64,000 nt of DNA from the human T2T-CHM13v2.0 reference genome, Homo sapiens (GCF_009914755.1 NC_060935.1), one strand, 5' to 3'; counted from the first letter of the stretch, positions 18,530 to 33,673 are shown. Numbers and translations: made by a program. The notes: a model not told the origin generated them from the letters alone.

Positions 18530-18597
18530 GAAGAACTCCATAAGTCAGCAAAAAATGAGGGAGAAGAAATCACTGCCAAGGTAAAGCTTCAAAGGCA

Positions 18598-18705
18598 GTG
18601 AAGAGAGGAATATGTTAATTAGCTTGACTGTATTAATTAGTTTAGTATGTATATGTATATCAGAGCATCACATTGTACTCCTTAAATATATACAATTTCA
18701 TTTAC
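18598..18705 (+). mobile_element. L1MA/MB 3' terminal fragment
   Basis: tatgttaattagcttgactgt...catcacattgtactccttaaatatatacaattt. Confidence 0.75.
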
Positions 18706-20279
18706 AGTGTTTAAAGAAACACAAAAGCACCATAAATTAAGTTGACTGAATGTGAATGAAAACATGAATAATGTCAGGGAAAATTATTTAAACAAGGATA
18801 ATGGAATGATTAGCAATAATAGTAAAGATACAAGTGAAAAAGACGAGGATATTCTTCTCAGGACTGCCTGTTTGAAGTCAAGGATTTAAATTATATTGAG
18901 CAGTTGCAATAAGTGTTAGTGGACTCTGAATGACATCGTTGCCTATAGTTTCTGACTGACCAGATACATGAGGCCAGCTGAAATGCGAAAGATGTGTTGA
19001 CATCATATGTTAAATTATTATTTACTTATTTAATATATATTGTATGACAGCCTACAAATATGCCACTGAGATTTCAAGTTTATGTGTGATATCAGCTAAT
19101 ATTATCATGATTAATGAAACTTTGCTCTTTATAGTCTTACCTTGTCATCTTCAGTGTGGAACATAGAATTATTCTTTTCCATCTACAGCTGCACTGAGAT
19201 TTCAAACATTAAACTACAAGTGCAGTTAGAGCTAAAATGGTCCAGTATGATGATCTGCAATCTATTTTCTCATTTGGAAACAAATAATTTAATCATTAAA
19301 GAGCAATATTAGAAGTCATTCCTCCAATAATTAAATGATTTCTAAATAATAATTGTATGGTTTTTAATTATACAGATGGATCTGAAATAAGGAATATGCT
19401 TAAAGCTTACTATATTACAAATAACTAAATTGTTATGACATTTTAGGAGTAGCTACAACAATTAAAGTATAATTTTTAAAATCTACAATGAAATGAGAAT
19501 GCAATTTCACATGCATAACTCCAACTAGGTGGAGCTTTTCTGTACATCTACAAATACAACTATTTGTAAATAACATTAGTGGGAAACGTGACAGGGATAA
19601 TATGCAGTAAAATTAGATTTAGGAAGCTTTTCCTAACATGTAAATACAAAACACAAAGTGCCTAATTACTTAACTCATTAAAATTCTCATAAACCATGCT
19701 AACCGATTATACAAATGAAAGAGATTAACTATAACTCTTTCAAGGGTAAAATTAAGTTAAAACAAAGAGCTGCCCTAATATTCATTTTCAAAGAGATTAA
19801 ATGATTGTACAGTAAGGTTTCAAGTAGAGAAATAGAAGTATTCTTGGAACTTGCAGAGAAAAAAATTAATTCCTAAAATTGGCTATCCAAGTGATGAAAA
19901 TTTGTTTCTCTGGGATGAAGAGCACAGCCAGTTAAGGGTTAGAATGAATCTAAAAACCACAATTCATAGGCACAACTTATGGCTCCCAATAGAGTTCTGC
20001 GTCCTACACCAAAGTGGACTAGGTAAGGAGAGGACTAGAAGAAACTCTGAAACCCTTTTTAACACTGAATTTCTGTGCTTTGACAACAGAAGTCTTCATA
20101 AAACATTGAATAATTGCATTTTCTAGGATGCATTACTGTACGCTGTTAACATAAAGTATATAACTTAAATGTTTAAGAGCTTCTTTTCTCTGTGATTGAT
20201 ACAGCCTGAGAAAGGAGGCATAATATCAAGAAATTCAAAAGATGTGTTTTCTTACTAGACTTCTTTGGGTAACTATATT

Positions 20280-20673
20280 TGTTACCGATGGAGGATGTCC
20301 AGATTCTTGGCGTTTTGAGCAAAGATTTGGAGAAAATGCAAAAACAAAGCAAGGAAAGAATGAAGCAACAAAAGCGGAGACTTACTGAAAATGAAAGCAC
20401 ACTCCACAGGGCAGGAGCGGGCCCAAGCAAGCAGCTCAAGGGCCCAGTTACAGAATTTTCTGGGGTTTAAATACCCTTAAGAGGTTTCCATTAGTTACTT
20501 GATGTACACCCTATATAAATGAAGAGAATGAACTAAAGTTACAAAGTCATCTACTAGGTTATGCCCTATCTAAATGAAGAGGATATTTCCTGTCATAGCT
20601 TAAGTATTTCCGTTTGATTTAGGTCTAGGAGGTCCTTAGGTTCACTGGCTTCAGGCCCTATTCTCCTGCCTCA
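20280..20673 (-). mobile_element. ERV1 solo LTR, MER61 family
   Basis: Minus strand starts tgaggcaggagaatagggcctgaagccagtgaacctaagg. TG..CA termini, 4-bp TSD tatt/catt. Confidence 0.85.
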
Positions 20674-21369
20674 CATTCTGCAGTTTTCTATCCTCATTCA
20701 ACTTGTTAATATTTTCACGGATAGTCATATCTACATATATATCCACAAATGCACATGTGTATATCGTCAATTGTTAGAAATTAAAATTTGTTGAAGATTT
20801 TGTCATTTTATAAGCAGAGTTAAATTGTTCAGCAATCTTATGACAAAGAGTGATGTTTTGTCAAAAGTATTCATGTATCGGGCTACTAGGGGCTTTACTA
20901 CAGGATACTCAATTGACAACTGATTCTATAAAACCTGAAATACAATAGGCCTCTCTATGTATCATCCTCCAGTGAAAAACAAAGGTCACAATAAATCTCT
21001 ACGAGCCTAGACTGTTATTCTGAGTCGGCCCTTTTTATGAAACTGAACCAAACAATGCAAGTGTAAAGATTTTAGGGGTGTTCCCTCTACTGAACTCTCT
21101 GAGGGAATATTTGCCCATAGAGAAAAGAGAAACTCAACTTTCAAGCATAGCCCATCTTGGATGGTTTCCATTAGCTACTATGTTATCAATGCTCTGAGTA
21201 TCTAAGTTATCATATTTCTTAATGTGTATATATAAGAAAAATGCACTTATTGAACTGATAGCAACACAATTATCCTATTGTGCAAACAATTTTGTGTTGA
21301 TGAAAAGCAAAATGAGTTGTCTAAGGTCCAAGGGCACATGGAAATTCAGGGACTGCCCCCATGAAAAAG

Positions 21370-21669
21370 TTTTTTTTTTTTTTTTTTTGGAGACAGAGTC
21401 TCATTATGTCGCCCACGCTGGAGTGCAGTGGCACGATCTCGGCTCACTGCAACCTCCACTCCCGGGTTCAAGAGATTCTCCTGCCTCAGCCTCCCTAATA
21501 GCTGGGACTACAGGCATGTGCCACCATGCCTGGCTAATTTTTTTGTACTTTTAGTAGAGACGGGGTTTCACCATGTTAGCCAGGATGGTCTCGATTTCCT
21601 GTCCTCATGATCCACCCGCCTCGGCCTCCCAAAGTTGTGGGATTACAGGCATGAGCCACCGTGCCCAGC
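21370..21669 (-). mobile_element. AluSc-like
   Basis: Poly-T, both arms, gttagccaggatggtctcgat together with gcaacctcc. Confidence 0.96.
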
Positions 21670-23048
21670 AATTTTTTTTAATATACCACAATCTTTCATG
21701 TGTTTTTTTTTCTACCTGCTTTAATTAGTCATAATATTTGGAAAATAACATTTTCCCTTTCCAGATAAATTCTGGTGTATCACTATCATATACATGTGTA
21801 TATATGCATACACACACACACACACACACACCCACACCCACAATGTCCTTTGAATCTTATTATAGAGTCTCTCTTATTTGAGTTTTCCTCTTTAAACTTA
21901 TTGACTGTTCCACAACTACAATGAACCTTCCCCTTCTGTGTGTTGTTTCTAAAAACTTTCAATTTTCCCTGTCTATAATATAGTCACTTTTATAAATTAT
22001 TCCACAGACTTGTAAAATAATATTATTCAAAATGTTTCTGTATTTAATTCACAGTACATTTCTTTTTCCATGGTAGATGTGTCCTTTAATATATTGAAAT
22101 ATATTTAGCTATAAATGATCAGTTTGGTCAAGAAATGTTATTCTTTTAAAAGACTTCTAGATGCCTATCTCATTAGAAAAGAAATGTAAGGTTTAAATGA
22201 GAAATATAGAAAGTTATTTCCAAAATAATTCATATACTAGAACTGCAATCCACACCTGTTTGAAAGAAGTAACTGTTATTTTAATAAGCAATCCTGAAAC
22301 TCTGTGATTCAGAAGCGTGGTTGGTATGTTTTATTCATTTTCCAAATGGCTGTTTTGATGAATTATGGATGTGTGTATTCATACAAACACTATGGAAAAA
22401 AAAATTCTTACTAGCGTCTTTCAGCAAAGGGCATATGCACAGGGCAGACACCAGTAGACGAGCTCAGAAATCTAGCAGAATGATAACAGCCTAATTCCTT
22501 AAGAGTCTATTTTGCTTTAGCTGAATAAACACTGTGGAAAGTTTACAGTTTTTAGATACATAGTCACAGAATATTCAGTCTGGAAACATTTACAAGTTTG
22601 ACCTTTTGGTGAAATGTGTGTCCATATGACCTTGTTATTGAAAGCTCAAAATATATTTTCAATCATTTACTAATAGCTAAGTAATCTTTAGTTTCCTAGT
22701 ACAGTACACTTTCACAAAAAAAAGGTTCATATCACTTGTTAAGGGCTGTAGCCCCATCCAATGTAATAAGAAAATGTTACTTCTTGAATATTTTAACTTT
22801 TCAACACTGTTTCCACAAACTTTTCTTGCAATGTTGTGCAAAGTGTTTAACAGGAAATATCAGCATCACTTATTAGCTTTTCAACTTCTGCCTGATACTA
22901 GAAGTCCGATAATGCCTGAGGTTTATCTCTACATCTTGTTGATACTTCGGAGTCCAGAGCAAACACATTAAGGAGAATTATTCACTGAGCTTTCACTGAA
23001 TATCTATTTCATGATTCTGGGCCGGAATCAACCAGTATGGGCTCAGAG

Positions 23049-23875
<827 letters not shown>

Positions 23876-26800
23876 AAAGAGAACATACTCATGATTGAGG
23901 TATGAAAGGAAAAATCTTAGTTGAAGATGTATGACTGAGTATAAAATCTGAAAAGTAAGAAAAAAAAATGGGAAGAAAAGTTACAAGGTCAGTTGTCAGA
24001 AGGACCATGGATTGATGACAGAAGAGAAGACAAACTATGGCAAGAAGCTGAATGTCTTTTCTACACGATTTTGTGACAGAATGAGTCTACCTGTTTAAAG
24101 AGTTCATGAACCACCAGACAGTCACTTATAATCACCAAAGGGAGCTCAAAGATGCTTCCTCTTGACAAGCACCCGTGATCTCTGGGACAGCTCTGCTTAG
24201 TATCCTCCCAGCTAGCTGATGCTTTCCTCATACTTCATCCATTAGAAATTCCATCTGAATGCAATAATCTTTTGTCAGGGAAAAACATCTGTCTGTTTCT
24301 TTATAGAACCATCACCATCTTAATTTTAAAAAATCTTGAAACTTTAAAATCTCCCTGAAATCTAAAGAGAAAGGGCAGTATCTTCTGGGTTGTCTGCTTC
24401 ACTTTTGCTGTCATTCACTAGATCTGTACCTCACCCTTATTCGGGTGATGCTTCTCCATCACTGCCCAGTGGTTAGACGTACTACTTAACCTCTGAGTCT
24501 GTTCATTAAAAAAATTCTATTATTGTGCAGTGGAATAATGTCTACTATACAGTAAGGTGTGGCATATAGCAGGTTCCTCAAAGTGATAAGTCTTTCTTCC
24601 CCTTTCCATATGGCACTTCATTTAAATGGAAAGTAAAATAGGGAGGAAATGGAAATAAATTAGAAAGTGGATATAGAGAAAGCAAGGTATACAGAAAACA
24701 GTATTATGGAAAATAAAGAAGAAATTTCAACAAAATATCAGCATAAAAGAGTATTATACTGTGACAAAGGGAGGATGAAAACTAAAGAAAAACTGATAAA
24801 TAAGAAAATAAAAGTGGTATATTGTATCCTTTTCTGAAACTGACAAAGCAATTTATAAGATCTAAAACTTTTCTTGTATAGGGACTCCATGGAGAAGTGA
24901 ATTAATTCATGATATATTTCATATGGAAAAATAAAGCCTCAACTTAAGATGTGTTATACCAAAACTTAGATATGCCTAAGAAAACTTCTGTGAATACACA
25001 AAACACAGAGGACAAACAGGGCTAAAGTTAAGACTATGAAAGTACTAAGAAACTAACTCCATGACAAAATCAAACTCTAATATTCACTATCTTGTGGTTG
25101 CCAGGAAGACCAGTGCACTATAGCTCCCAGGAGACATATAAAAGTATTTATAGAATTGGACAGAAATAGTATCTTTGTAGCAACCTCAGAGAGTCAAGGT
25201 AAAGATGACTTTCATAAGCATCCAGAGGAAACCTAAAACCTAGACTTTCCAGATTTCTGGGTCTGAGGTCCATCCCCTTTGACACCTGTTTCTTCTTACT
25301 TCACTCATAATCAGAAATCAATAATTCAAAACTGTTCTTGAAAATTCTTGCCAGAACTGCCTGTCCCCTCTTGCCTTTAGTAGTGCATAAATAACATATC
25401 AAATTCCCAAATCCTGTGTGCCTTACAACTGCTCAGAAGTATGCATAGTAGGGAGTCTCTTTAATTAAAGCCTCATTAATAAAACAGTGCCTTCCCTGGC
25501 AAGTGGCTTAGAAGAAGAAGTTGGTTAGTTTTCCCCAAACATAGGAGGCGTGACTATGGAGAACATTAAAATGCTAATGAGAACAAGATAGTGAATGTAA
25601 TGGAAAGTGATTTATCCAGAATATACAATGAAGAATCACAGTGATCTTACTGAATACTTTTGATGTACCCAGTATTAGGAAAAGTCATCCTGCTTGTCTG
25701 CAGTTGAGACAGCATTTTAACCATTCTTATGATTGAAACATCTAATTTCTCAAATAATAAATGGAATATCCCACTACAAATACTTTTCTGAAAGTACCTG
25801 AAAAATATAGTTTTCAATATGCTGCAGATTAGGTTCATATCTGTTCCACATTTTCCTCATTTTTCTTGGATTAGCAGGATAACTGGGGAATTTTCTTAGT
25901 TTAGTGATAGCAGAAATACAAGAGTATCTGTAAACACCTCGCAACTCTTTAAAAGAAAACTAGAAATACAATCCAATCCTTTAAAAATTTTTTTGTTGTA
26001 TATATTTAAGCTATCAAATATGTATGTTTCTGGACCTGTTTTAGGGCATTTTAGGTTAGAAATTGAAGTTCTTCAGTCTGCAATTATCTTTACAGTTATT
26101 CTACTAATGATTTCTGATTTTTGTTTTTTGTCCCCCTCCCTTGAACACCTATTATTTAGATACTAGCTCTCCCAAAATGGATTTCTAATTATCTTATCTT
26201 TTTTTTTCTATCATTTGTTATTACTTTGTACTCCAATATTTTGTTTCTGTTGTCATTTTTTTTATCCTTTCTTTCTTGGTGGATTTGTCTCTAAAAAATT
26301 TTCCTTTACTATAATTTTAGTGAGATTTAGAATCAGAAGCATATACAGAGTTTTAGGACACTACATTTACCTAGAACTTGCCAATTAAAATTTCAAAAGT
26401 CTTATTGTAGCTTGAATCTTAGATTTAAAAGAGCCCTTACATACCAAAAATTTAAGTTGTATTTTGACTATTCCAGGTCTGTTTCTCTCTAATAGTACTC
26501 AATGAGCTAGTTCTTAACCACTTTTCAAAAGCAACTCTTTATCTACCATTTATACATGATTTTAGTGTTTATAATGAAATCTAACTCCTTGGCAACACTG
26601 CCAACTGATTCACTTTTGTTTATTGCATGTAAAAATATTTTAAGTGTTTAAAAACAGCTAAGATATCCATTCAAAATTATACACGCTGGATGATCTCATC
26701 TTAACATTATTTCTTTTGACTGTTTCTCACACTTCATGGCTTCCAGGGCCTTCATCTGCCCTAGACATGTCCTTGACTGGGCACATTCTATATATGGTTT

Positions 26801-29259
26801 GCTGGCAAGTAAGAAAATCAATAATCTATATGTGAACTGACATGAAAAACACATCAAAATGTGGAACTATTTTTGTAGCATATTATGCTATCTTATAGCT
26901 TTCTATTATCCAAAAGTGTAGCCACTTGGATCCTGAGTTTTATGGAATATTATTTTTGTAGTTTTGTCATATTTAACCATTCTTTTATTTAGTCTTTAAT
27001 CACATTATTTTTAGAGTCTGATAATATCAGATGGATACTGCAATCTGAACATTTGATAAGTATGCTTTCAAAGTCTGACATAAAAATGGGTAAAGCAGAG
27101 AACCAATAATAGATTTAACTTTCAAAATGGGTCTATAATTACATGCTTTGAAAAAAACTGCCTGTTGAGGCCTCCTTTCCTTCACTTAGCTGAAACAACT
27201 GTAATGACAGCCTCGCCTGGAGCAATGCAGTCTAAGAGGCAGGAGAGCCCTAACCTGGGACAGACAAGCCTGAAGTGCAGCTGCATGAAACAGAACCACT
27301 CTCAGGAGGCTCAAGGCTCCATTTGAGTCAAGGCTGCAGGCTGATCTTTAGTCTGAAATGCAATGTGACAAGTAGTGACAGGTACTTTAGATCAAGAAAT
27401 GTTACTGAGCAATAAACTCCTCATGTACCTATGTGAGTGGAATGGGCATTAGCCCTACAGAAGCCTGAAGAGCTCACAAGTGTCCTGTCATAATTTATCA
27501 GAATTGTGTGGTGGTAGGGAATTCTTTTAACATAGAACTAGAAGATTAGAACTAAAATCAGGGATAAAAATGCCATTCACAATGCTAGGAAGGCATATAC
27601 CAGCATTGGGTTCAAGCTACCAGAGAGGATTTGTACATATGATAATTTTTCATTAAAGATTAGGATTATACTATGAAAAATGTAAAATATGAGGAGGTAA
27701 GAGTGACTAGGTTGTTCTACATGGTATGAAGGCAAAAAGGAAAACACAGGTAGATGTCACAGACGATAAAGGACTGGAATAGTTCAAGGCATTTATTTCT
27801 TAGAAACAGCCCTCTGTACCCTGACACTATTTTAGGATGTCCCTGCTTCATTCTCATAGAGTCAACACAGTGTCTTTGTAACATGCTGCTTTGAGATTCC
27901 AGTACTTACCACTAACAATTGTGGAATCATAACAATCATAAGAAATACATAACCTCAGTGTTAAGAAATCATATAATCCTACTGTTAATAAACCTTCTGT
28001 ATTTAATTGACAAAAGCAATAGCATCTAAAGCAGTGACGTTTAAAACAAAGTTCTGAAAATAATAAATTCCAAATGTTTATAATACCATGTTGCATGTTT
28101 TCATTAGTTAACAAATTAACAAATTTTTTGAATTGTCAAGATATGTTAAAAATATTATTGGTTTTGATAACCTAAGAAGATTTTCTAACAAGAGGACCCA
28201 TTTATTTATAAAATAAGAAAGCCAAGGTTTTAATTTTGTTTTTTAGTGTTTTTGTTTCTGTTTTGTCTAAAAATTGAGTATAGTCAACACAGAGTCCTAC
28301 AATACTATAAACTTAAAAGCATTACCTGAAAGTGAGAACGTAGGATGAGATATAAGAAAATCCATATTACATGACGCATGGATTGCCTATTATTACCGAA
28401 AGACTATCCTATTGTGAAAGGATGGTTTCTAACTTACTCAAACAGATTTCCTTAATACATATTATCAGAAAGTAGCCACAACAAATCATAACCAATTCAA
28501 ATTAGCCTACAAATTGCTGAATTACATTGCCATTAAAGTCTGTTAAAATAGAATGAGGAATATTTTATTAATAAGAGCATACTAAATATACTACTGATCA
28601 AATTCATTGATTTGTGGCCTCTACTTAAAGGTCTCTAAGATAGATGAAATCGTGTGGACTGTAGGTCTGAATATGAAAAATAAAACAATAAAGTATTTGC
28701 ATAAAAATTTGCCCACAGAAACAATAAAGGTAAAGGAGATTATGATTTTGAGTAGGCAAATGTTTCCTAAGCACAAGATAAAGTACAATAACTGGATGTA
28801 AAAGAATTGACAAGATGCACTAAATTAAAATTGAGAACTGCTGTTCACTAAAAGGCATTTTTAAGAGAGTGAAAAGGCAAGCTACATATTGGTAGAAGAT
28901 TTTTCGCAACACAATTAAATGACAAAGGACTTGTATTCAGAATATATCAATAACACTTACAAAACAGTGAAAAGGGATAGTGAATACAATTAGAAAAATA
29001 GTCAAGAGATATGAAAAGGCCATTACAAAACAGATTATTTAAAAGGCCAAAGAGAATATGATCAACCACAGAGAACTATAATAAAAACAAAAAGCACTAC
29101 CTTTAAACACCAATCACAGTAACTAAAATTAGAAGGCTAACCAGGTATGGTGACTTTTTGATGAATTTTGGTGGAGTATATAGGACTCGTATGCTCTTGT
29201 AATTGGATTATACATTGGTCTAAGCATTATCTACCAAATATGAACATACACATACGTTT

Positions 29260-30702
29260 TGTCCCACCCACTCCCATGATCTTTACTCAGGCAGTGACAG
29301 AAATAGTACATCTGAAACCCAGCCAGGGCTTTTCCAGAACATGACAACTAAATCACAGGAACAGGTGGTCCAGACTCCCATTTCACCTGCACACAGTGAG
29401 CATAGTGAATGGAGTACCCATGATGTCAGAGTTGAAGGTTACACATGAGCCCAACCACATGGAATCCCTCTCACCAAAGATAATTTGGCAACTGCCCCTG
29501 CTGAATGTCTGGCAAGTCAACAGTGGTGATGAATGCTGAGCTCCAGGTCTGGATCCATACCTTAGAAGATTACCAGTAACCTACTGTCAAGTTGGTTTCA
29601 TCAGACTCCTTCCATCCTGCAAAGTTTGATTAGCCATCAATTCTGACCAGAATTGACACATACTTCAAGTGTTAATTTGCATTTCATGTAGAACCACTAT
29701 CTGTGGGCTTTCTGAGTACCTGGTTCACTTACATGGAATTCCACACAGCATCACGTCAGAACAAAGTATACCTTATAGCATAAAAGATGCCATCAATAAC
29801 CATAAAATGCACTGGTTCATCAACATACCACACCTACCAGTAGATGCTGGCCTATTACAGTAGTGGAATAGCCTCATAAAGATGAAGCTCAGGCATCAGC
29901 TTAACATTGGCACCATAAAAAATAAGACACTCTTCTGGATACAGCTATACTCCCTAACCAGTGGCCATTAAGTGAAACTTTTGACTCAGTAGGTAGATCG
30001 CATAAGTGTAGGAAAAAAAGACTGTAAGTAATAGTGGCATGGCTTACCATCACTTCCAGTGACTCAGGGAATTTGTACTTTTATCATTTGGCCAGAAAAT
30101 CTTGGTTTTCAAAAGAGAGTGCTTCCACCAGGGAAAATAGTAAGAAGTCCACTGAACATAAAATTTTGGATATTGCCTCGTCACTCAACTTGAGTCAGTA
30201 GAGCAGCAGATTAAAAAAATGAAGGAATTACCAAACTGACAAGGATAATTAGCCCTGACACTCAGGAGGAGATAAGGCTTCAGCTGCATAATGTAGGCAG
30301 GGAGGAATATGTTTCCCACCATTATCAACAGAGACACCTCTTTTTATCCCCATGATCAGTTTTAAGTGAAAATTGGTGAATGTAGCAACATAATGTAACG
30401 TGTATGATAATGGGGGTCCTTGACACTTCAGAGATGAGCACCCGGGTGACTACACCAGGCAAGCCAGGGAAACTAGAAGTTCTAGCCAAGGGAGTGGGGA
30501 AAAGGGGTTGAGAGTGGGTAGGGGAGGAAGGAGAAGATAAGCAATAGCCAGAGCCTTGGAAGCAACTGCACAGCAGGACCTGGTAGTTCATACCACTCAC
30601 ACTCCTCTCATTAATTTTTTTTAGAAAGTATGACAAACTAGAATCCAGATTCTGTGGTGAATAAAATATATTTAATGTGACATTCAAGTGGAGAGAGTGC
30701 TC
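29260..30702 (+). mobile_element. ERVL internal remnant with degenerate integrase (ERV3-16A3/ERVL-E-like)
   Basis: ORF 29669-29863 (TTICGLSEYLVHLHGIPHSITSEQ..HLPVDAGLLQ) resembles the ERVL integrase core (TTIRGLTECLIHRHGIPHSIASDQ..HHPEAAGLIE). Upstream GIPLTKDNLATAPAEC is zinc-finger-like. Confidence 0.88.
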
Positions 30703-31193
30703 CGTGGTACACAAAATTAGTGCTTCCTCCTAGATCTCCCTGTCGGGACTGTAAATGCCCACCCCCTCCTCCCCCTCCAGATACTGTGAGTATTGCTCCC
30801 TACTGGTTCTCAATCACTTCTCTATTTAGAGAGCTGCCATTACCTGAGAGTAGACACCTCTGCAGAAAGGGTCTTTCTTGCCGCCAGTCCCCTCACCACA
30901 CTCCATGCAGTGGACAACTCACAGAAGGTGATCAACTTATATATTACAAAATTCTGCCTCCCTTGACTTGAGGGGCAGACAACTCTGCAATGCAATGTAT
31001 ACTTCAGACCCTCCTGTGCATGAGTCCAAGGCATGACTTAATTTGTGATGACATTCTAGATTGGCTTTTACTCCCCCCCCTATTCTGCTTCCCTCACTAC
31101 CTGGTAAGAGTTTTTAAAGTGCACTCCCTACTTAAATAAAATATATTTGAATATTTGTTCCAGTCTCTGTTTTTCAGAACACAATCTGAAATA
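30703..31193 (+). mobile_element. LTR16-like ERVL 3' LTR
   Basis: Follows a purine tract; ttctgcttccctcactac, AATAAA, and terminus cagtctctgtttttcagaacacaatctgaaata. Confidence 0.75.
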
Positions 31194-31318
31194 TGCTATG
31201 AACCAGAAATTCCATTTTTAGGCTATCCTTACCAAAAAATGTATATACTGTACAGCAGATGATATGTATAAGAATCTTCATAACAGCACTACTCATAATA
31301 GTCCATTCGAATACAGGA

Positions 31319-31911
31319 TGTGGCAGATTGTATTTCCAAAAGACAGCTGCAAAAGTATCTTCTATCACACATGCCCTTCTTACAACATGATCTTGACACA
31401 CCTCTAAACTAATGTTGCTTTCTGTAAATCCTTCTCTTAAAATCTGGTTGTTCTTTTGTTGCTGTCTTTGAAAATAAAGTACGGAGCAAGTGATGCTGTG
31501 TGACTTCTGAGGCTAGATCATAAAGATGTCATAGATTCAACTTGATTTCTCAGGAAATCACTCATGGAAACCAGTCACCCTGCCATGTGGAAACCCAAAG
31601 TAGCCTGCCCAAAGACCACATATAATGTTTCAGACAACTTCCCAATGTGAGTTCAAGCTGACTACCTGCATCAACTGTTAAGCACATGTGCGAAGAATCC
31701 TCCAAAGGGCTCCAGCCCCAGCTATGCATGCACCCTTGACCTTCAAGTATTCCCTGCTGAGGCCCTAGACATATGTGCAGCAGAAACAAACTATCCTCAA
31801 TGTGACCTGTCCCTATTCCTCTACCACACAGAATCAGAAGTAATTAAATTATTGCTTTGTCCTACTGAGTTTTTTGGAGTTTTGTTACATAGCACTGATA
31901 AGTAGAATACA
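31319..31911 (+). mobile_element. MaLR solo LTR (MLT1G/H-like)
   Basis: tgtggcagattgtatttccaaaagacagc ... gagttttgttacatagcactgataag. Confidence 0.82.
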
Positions 31912-33217
31912 ATGTATAGTATATTCACACAGTTGTGAAAGTGAGAAGCAGCATATGGATGGGTCTCACATAATGTTGAGTAAAAAAGATACAGAATATT
32001 TTCAATGTGGGATTCAATTTATAAAAACAATAAGAAAAGACAAAACTATGCTATTAGAAATCAGAATAGTAGTTACTTTGTGGGAGATGAAGGAGGGTAG
32101 TTATTTGAGAAGGTGTGAGGATGCTGGTAGAATTTTACTTCGTGACTTGAGCAGATGGGTTCCATTTTGTGACAATTCATCATGCTGTATATTGAAGATT
32201 AACAAAAAATAGGTATGAGTCATACAGACTAAAATGAAATTTATCTTAATAAATGTAAGAATCACACTTTAATTTTGTCATATTTTAGATAAATTCTCTG
32301 ATATTTTATGATTCAGTTTTGCATATATCATTTGTTTAGGTATTTTGAGTTTCTCATATGTTTTTCTCAAAATTTCAGTAGCAGATTAGTGCACTTTCAT
32401 CTGGTTATAAATAACACATTTCTTTAATAATTTTAAAATAATAAGAAATTTTTTGTTAACACTCATGTCTTTCATATTTATAATGTGATTTTTATTTTGA
32501 AATATTTCTGCACACTAGACGTAGAATTCTAAAATGGCTGTCTAAAATTTTATTACTATTTACAACCAATATACTATTTATTTTGCATTTTCTAAGTCCT
32601 GAATGAACTATCGTTAATTATTTTTAGGTAGTTAATTTTTCCATTAAAACATAAGTGGTGTTTTAGAACCTCTATGGGAAAATTATTACTAAACTACAAT
32701 GCACTAGTTCCAAATCTAGAACAGAGAGATCAAAAGAGTTAAACTTTGTAATATACATCAAGTTCAAACCAAAGAAAAAGATATCTATAAGAATTATATC
32801 TTATCAATCCTAGAAAAGCTTTATCTTGAATGGGATGAGAACTCTTGCTAGGAAAAAATAATCCCATATGGTCTTTTATATCCTACAGAAAATTATCTCT
32901 AAGAGTATGCATTTATTTTTACTTTTCAAGGACAGCCTAGAGCAATATTCATGTCATTCTTTGAATTAAGCAGCTCCTTCAAATAGTCTTTGAGTTCTAT
33001 TCCTTTTCAGGGATATCTCCCAATTTTAATTACACAGTTGCATTTACATGACATCTGCTTAGTATGAATTTGACGTAAGACCTTACTAGGTGAGGGTCAT
33101 GGCATGCCCTAAATAAATAAATAATGGAATTACGGTACATTAAACTGAAATTTTATGACCTTTTACCAAACTAAGACTTCCAAAGCCAGAAGTTATGCCC
33201 ATCATAATGCTGGGTGA

Positions 33218-33673
33218 TTTTTTTTTTTTTTTTTTAGAACAGAAAGAAAACTGTTTTATCACACAATTAAACTTGAATCTGACATGCATCACAGTCAATC
33301 TGCTTAAGAGACTGCAGAGACAGAAAGATGGTCACCAAAATTAGTCCACAAGAGGAACAATTTACAGCACCATGTCATACATAGTTCATCCTAAATTCAC
33401 ATGGAGATTGAAGAGGCTATCTGTGTATGCTAATTCCTTATATTCAATCACAAAAAAACTTTTCACATCTTCATAACAGGAGGTAGTTTAGCAGCTTGAA
33501 GCCAGGTGCTTGTCGAAGGTAGGTTTTCACTCTGCTACCAAAATGGTTGAAAAGCGTTCTATCCTTTTGGCTGTTTACATTTTAGAGCAGTGGCTCTGTG
33601 CTTTTTCTTAAGATCTTTTTAACTTTTTTCTCTCAAAATAATCTTGCTTAGATGGAGGTCTGTTTTTCTCTCC
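33218..33673 (-). pseudogene. Poly(A)-tailed retrocopy flanked by a TSD (probable LTR-derived transcript)
   Basis: 18-nt T-run; TSD aatgctgggtgatttt (33206) / aatgctggatgaattt (33674); GATAAA about 20 nt before the tail; TT/AAAT target site. Confidence 0.8.

Larger units (their letters stand above)
28640..32210 (+). mobile_element. L1ME 3' region split into three pieces by ERVL/LTR16 and MLT1 insertions
   Basis: gagtgaaaaggcaagctacatattggtagaagat; atatgaacatacacatac (~29255) resumes as gctatgaaccagaaattcc (~31195); 3'UTR gctattagaaatcagaatagtagttac. Confidence 0.78.

Noticed and set aside
20280-20673. p53 response element in the MER61 LTR
   Set aside because: The family is known for p53 sites, but I find no paired RRRCWWGYYY in this copy
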